Below are positions 59,577 to 64,000 of a stretch of 64,000 nucleotides of DNA, in pieces (position 1 is the stretch's first letter; each line of letters starts with the position of its first letter). The translations under genes were made by a program, and so were the position numbers. A model generated the notes under the pieces. It had not been told where the DNA came from. It did no database searches and saw only the letters and a list, made by a program, of their open reading frames with translations. Origin of the DNA: Vitrella brassicaformis CCMP3155 (lineage: Eukaryota; Protista; Chromerida); contig CDMY01000759.1 in NCBI GenBank assembly GCA_001179505.1, forward strand, positions 186,001-250,000, written 5' to 3'.

Positions 59577-60328
59577 ACCCCCACTTCGCTGCTGCCGCGG
59601 AGACGCTGGCTCGCGCCTTTTGCGGCAGCGAGAAGACCAACCCGGACCCAGCGACAGGGTGGGTATACAGCGGAACGTGTGATTCCCTGTTGGCTCCCCT
59701 TCCCGGCCCGCCGTCGGAGAAGCGTTTGCAGTGGTTCCGCTGGCTCACTAAGATGGCCATGCACTGGGCTCTGCAGAGAGGCGGTGCCTATGCGCTGCTG
59801 GACCGGGCGGAACGAGTCGTCGTCGCCGTCACTCTTGTGAGTCCGCCGGGTGCGCCCTCGGTCGATGAGCTCGGGTTCTGTGGGGAGCTGGGTCTCATTT
59901 GCAAGGCCGGGCTTCCGCCGTTTTCGACGGATAGCGAGCGTACGGGAGCGGAGTTCGGCAGTTGTATGGATCGCATGCGGACATTGGAGACGACGCTGGT
60001 CAAGGCGCACAAGGAACTAGAGGCGGAAGCGGCAGGGTCTGGCAAGACTGGCGACCTTCACGTCGCCATGGTGGCCGCCGACCCACAGAGGCAGGGACAA
60101 GGCGTCGGCTCCGCTCTGCTCCAGCTCGTCTCGGATATCGCCGATGCCGATGCGGTGTCTGCGCACCTCGAGACGCTTGGAGAGCGCAACGAAGGCTTTT
60201 ATGCCAAGAAGGGGGGGTATCGGCTGGCAAAGAGGGTGGTCGTGCAGCATAAGAACTGTAGGCTGGATCTCGACGGCGGCATTGCGTTGATGGTGAGGCC
60301 GGCGAAGTGCCGAGTCGAGCCTGTTTAG
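59577..60328 (+). CDS. GNAT acetyltransferase copy 2 (5' end in gap)
   Basis: Near-identical to 54478-55227 with a few substitutions (TRM/TKM, EGV/ERV, HNE/HKE, KSG/KTG, AESS*/VEPV*). The downstream flank is also homologous. Confidence 0.82.
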
Positions 60329-60781
60329 CTAGCTGCCATCCCATTACACTGCCGAGGGCGTCGACGGCAGGTCAGCCAATCTGAGTGATACATCGTTGGT
60401 GGAGGCCACGGATGCAGCCTCGCTCCACCAGTCACGAGTCACTCACATTGGCTGACCTGCACGAGTATGCCCATGCACTGCCGTCTGCTCATTCATGCTT
60501 CATGAGGACCGACAACGTATCGTTCTTAAAGGACTGCATCTACGTGGCTATGTCGCGGCTATGTGTAAGCACGCATTGTTCGGTCGCACGCGAACGCGAA
60601 CGCAAACAACCTGTCAGTAGTAGGCAGAGACATTGTTTCCCTGCTCATCAATTGTGCGTTGAGATGCATGTGCCTGTCTGGCATCAGTGCGAGTATGGTT
60701 GATCGATCATACACGAGCGTGTGTCATGTCGAGTCAGTCAGTCCACGCCATCACTCATCAGTCTGCTGCTCTGCTGTTGGT

Positions 60782-61561
60782 TCACTTGAAGAGTTTTGGG
60801 TACCGGTAGTACTTCTTCAGATACAGCCTGCATCAGAGGACAGACAGACAGACAGACAGACAGAACGAGTGAATAAATGGTCTTCCTCTTCCTTGGTTGG
60901 TGGCGGCTTTGTGGCTCACATTCTGAAGGGCCCTGGTTTGTTGAAGTCGATAGGGTGTGTCAGGAAGGGCTCACCGACGCCGACCTTCGACGGCTGCACG
61001 ACGTAATGACAGCAAAGGACAGACACACACAGAAATGCATTTGCAGGCAGAGCGAGAGGCATGATTCATCTCTTGTTTATGTACCAGTGAAGGCGTGTCG
61101 TCTTCGAACGCAATGCGACGCACATTCACCTCTCGTGGAGGAAATGGGTCTAGAGAGACATCAGGCAGACAGCCGCACGCACACACAGCAACCAACTGAA
61201 ATGGATGATTGAATGTCTGTCTCTCTCACCTTCGTCTGAGTGCTCGAGGTAGAAGTCGGTTCGTCGCTCATTCTCGAGCGGGATCTTCTTCTGCCCAGAG
61301 AGACCGTACAAGGGGTAATAGAAAGGCGTCCTGACACACACACGGCACCACAGAGAAACACAGTGAGAGAGGAACACAGTCAGGACTGACTCGACTCACT
61401 CACCAGATGCCCTTCTTGTCTTGCAGGTTTCGGATGCCCTTGGCCAGCCTCTCGCGCGTCCTCAGTTGTGAGCGAGGGCTCTTGGGTGTGAGCGAGGAAC
61501 ACTCACAGGCCAACAGCAGCAGGCACAGCAACACGTGCACAGAGATAGACAGCTTCATCAT
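60782..61561 (-). CDS. Small orphan protein with signal peptide (about 130 aa, 5 exons)
   Basis: Spliced MMKLSISVHVLLCLLLLACECSS...KGIW|TPFYYPLYGLSGQKKIPLENERRTDFYLEHSDE|DPFPPRE|PSKVGVGEPFLTHPIDFNKPGPFRM|LYLKKYYRYPKLFK*. All junctions are GT-AG and frame-consistent. Confidence 0.62.
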
Positions 61562-61925
61562 CCTGTGCAGGTGTCTTGTCCCTCTGATTGACTGATGGCT
61601 GTCTGTTTCGCGATCCGATCGCCAACGACAATCTGTATGTGTACATGTCTCAAGTCGTCTCGGTGTATACACACACGCTTACAAACGAAACTCACACATC
61701 AATCAATGGTCAACAAGGCCAAATGGCTGACTGTGGGTCAATACAGCATCGGCACGGGACAGTAGCCCACTCCTGGCTCAGTCGGGTTGTATATCACATA
61801 GTCGCCGCGCAATCGCTCCTCACGAACACCTGCACACACACACAGACAGACAGACAGACAGGCAGGAAGACAGGAAGACACACAGGACGTCACAAATTCT
61901 CTCCCTTCTGCGTGCTCTCACTCAG

Positions 61926-62307
61926 TCACTCACCGTACGGCCACTGTCTCGACACGACAGGAGGGTGCGGCCTCGCCTCTGCAAACACGCAGTCATGGTT
62001 GGCATCTTGAAGCTCGCCTTGTCTGGGTATGGTGCGTCTGTGTGTCTTACTGTTCCAGTCGAGTGGCGGTTCCTCCATCGGATGACGAGTGTACCTGGCC
62101 CACACATGCGGCAACAGAGAGGAGAACTCCCTTTCCTCCTTACGCCAACTGGCAAGTGTGTGGGTGGGTGGGTGGCTGGGCTGGCTGACCGTATCTCCTT
62201 GCCGTCGGCGACTCTGATAGCTCTGGGTCTGTTTCGGCTCTTCCACAGCTTCATCCGGATGAGGAACTTACACCGATCGCCATCCATCCCGATCTGGCTG
62301 ATGCACT

Positions 62308-62342
<35 letters not shown>

Positions 62343-63194
62343 TGGATGCAGCAAATCAGCCACACATGTACGCAGTGCTGTGTGAATTGTTGTGTGCCCA
62401 CCCTCTGTCTGTCTCTTGAGTCAGGCGTCGCAAACCGCACGGGCGTCACCTCTGCACACACCATACAATGCAGGCAGGCATCGTGTCGATCGACCCTCCC
62501 GCGTGTGTGGCCGTCTGTGTGCTCACTGAGGTCTGCGCAGACTTGTTTGTAGAGTTCGAAGTCCTTCTTGTAGAGGCACTTCATGACTCGGGCGCGGCGG
62601 TTGAGGAACTTGGACATCGACCGCTTCTTGATGTGGTCCTTCGGGTTCTGGATAATATGGCGACGCAGATTCAGAATCTTCTCCGTCAAGAAACACACTG
62701 CAGACGGCACGGGAGAAAGAGCGATGAGTTGGTCAGCCAGACCACAAACAATCATTCTCTGCTTGTGTGCTGGGTGCTGCCTCACGTGACACAGCGGGGC
62801 TGTTGATGTCTGTAGGTCCCCTCTGATACTTGCGCGCCATCGCCCACTTGCGCCAGGTGGCCACATCCATCCGCTTGGCGCACTTGAGGTGCAGACTCTG
62901 CCGCATCTCGGGGCTCAGACTGCCGATGTCGGCCGGTGTCAGCCGCTTGATGTACCCATCGGGGATCCTCGCACGCTCATCGAGGAACTCTCTCTCGGCC
63001 TGCAGGTACCACTGGGTCTTCGGCACGTGCGTCTTCCGAGCAACAACGCCAGTGAACTTAAAGGCCTTCGTGCGGGCGATAAATCGACGGGCCTCGAGCC
63101 GATAGCGGGCTTCTGCTGGCTGCGTGAGCGGCTGGAGGCTGTTTCGGCACAGAGGAGAGCCGGACCAGAGATGCTCCACTGTCCTCAGCATCAT
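61926..63194 (-). CDS. Mitochondrial ribosomal protein uS15-like; 3' end uncertain
   Basis: ARKYQRGPTDINSPAV|QCVFLTEKILNLRRHIIQNPKDHIKKRSMSKFLNRRARVMKCLYKKDFELY matches the S15 core; basic N-terminal presequence. Confidence 0.8.
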
Positions 63195-63399
63195 GGGCCA
63201 AAACCCAGATCTTCACTCATCGGACAAAGATCCACATCAGGCACCTCCACAACAGTGCATTTCTGCACCTGAGCAGCGGTTTCTGCATTTTTCTCCCGCT
63301 TGGCGAGCTTGAAAACGATCCACTTTGGAGCACTGCAAGCTGGGAGAAGAAGTTCTGAGCCCCAAATGTGCGCGTTGTACACGATTTGTCGCTGAGGAA

Positions 63400-64000
63400 A
63401 TGAGCGGTGCGGCGAAAGGCAAGAAGCAGCTGCGCAAGGAGAAGGAGCGCAAGAGGGAGCAGAAGGAGGCCGAGGCCGCAGAGGCCATCGCACAAGAGAA
63501 CCAAGCGGTCAGTATAGGTTGAGTCAGTGACCTGACAACTCACCCATTGCTGCATGTTTCTGTGTATGTTTTTTGTGGCACTGTCAGATAGCCGACTACA
63601 GCTTCAAGTACAACGACTATGGCGAGAGGCTGCATGAGATGCGGGCCAGGGTCGCAGAGGCGGAATACGATATCGGGCGCCTCAACATCACACTCGAATA
63701 CGTATGTCACTCTTGCACAGTGTGTCCTCGTGGATGTGTGTGTGTGTGTGTGTGCAGCTGAATCAGAATGTGCCCAATGGGACGCCGCTGTACAGAAAGG
63801 CCGGCCACATGTGCGTGTGGATGCCCGAGAGGAAAACACACACGATGGCGCACACACGGATGAATATGGCCCTTCCTCTGTTCTCTTTCTGGTCAGTTTC
63901 GTGTTGTCCAGCAAGAAGGGCATCTGTCGGCACATCAACAACCAGATGGTCAAGCAAAGCAACGAGCTGCCGCCGCTCAAGGTGAGCTGCACACCCACTC
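63400..64000 (+). CDS. Prefoldin beta-type subunit-like protein (runs off window)
   Basis: Coiled-coil ERLHEMRARVAEAEYDIGRLNITLEY|LNQNVPNGTPLYRKAGHM|FVLSSK, matching the helix / YxxxGxMF hairpin / helix layout of beta prefoldins. Confidence 0.62.

Noticed and set aside
54011-61105. Terminal-inverted-repeat DNA transposon carrying GNAT and M13 genes
   Set aside because: The inverted repeat is a copy of a host gene's exons and introns, no transposase is present, and no target-site duplication was evident. Kept only as a rearrangement finding.

Overview
Eukaryotic nuclear DNA that is GC-rich, gene-dense and intron-rich, with six 300-N placeholder gaps. No rRNA, tRNA, CRISPR array or intact transposon was seen. 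Bipartite plastid-targeted proteins (PsaL, cpFtsY, RseP) sit beside apicomplexan-type proteins (LCCL/CCp5-like, PAN/Apple, ISP-like), which points to a chromerid alveolate, most like Vitrella brassicaformis (inference). I spliced about 22 genes by eye: a double-GH1 glycosidase, a retropepsin-like + RNase H-like fusion, a CCp5-like LCCL protein plus a scrambled inverted partial copy, uroporphyrinogen-III methyltransferase, RseP, a ubiquitin-like fusion protein, a dual-specificity phosphatase, an ELG1/ATAD5-like ATPase, a bacterial-like secreted protein, a mitochondrial carrier, cpFtsY, KRR1, PsaL, MgtC, diacylglycerol kinase, an ISP-like protein, two GNAT copies, an M13 peptidase, a small orphan, mitoribosomal uS15 and a prefoldin subunit. 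The most striking observations are: (1) many introns carry (CA)n/(GA)n near the donor and complementary (TC)n/(TG)n near the acceptor, suggesting structure-guided splicing; (2) a Klotho/lactase-like tandem GH1 whose first domain has lost both catalytic glutamates and carries an inserted PAN/Apple module; (3) an intron-containing gene fusing a catalytically dead retropepsin-like domain to a catalytically dead RNase HI; (4) two scrambled local duplications; (5) a recurring head-to-head gene layout with about 200-250 bp spacers. Exon boundaries were read manually and need transcript confirmation.
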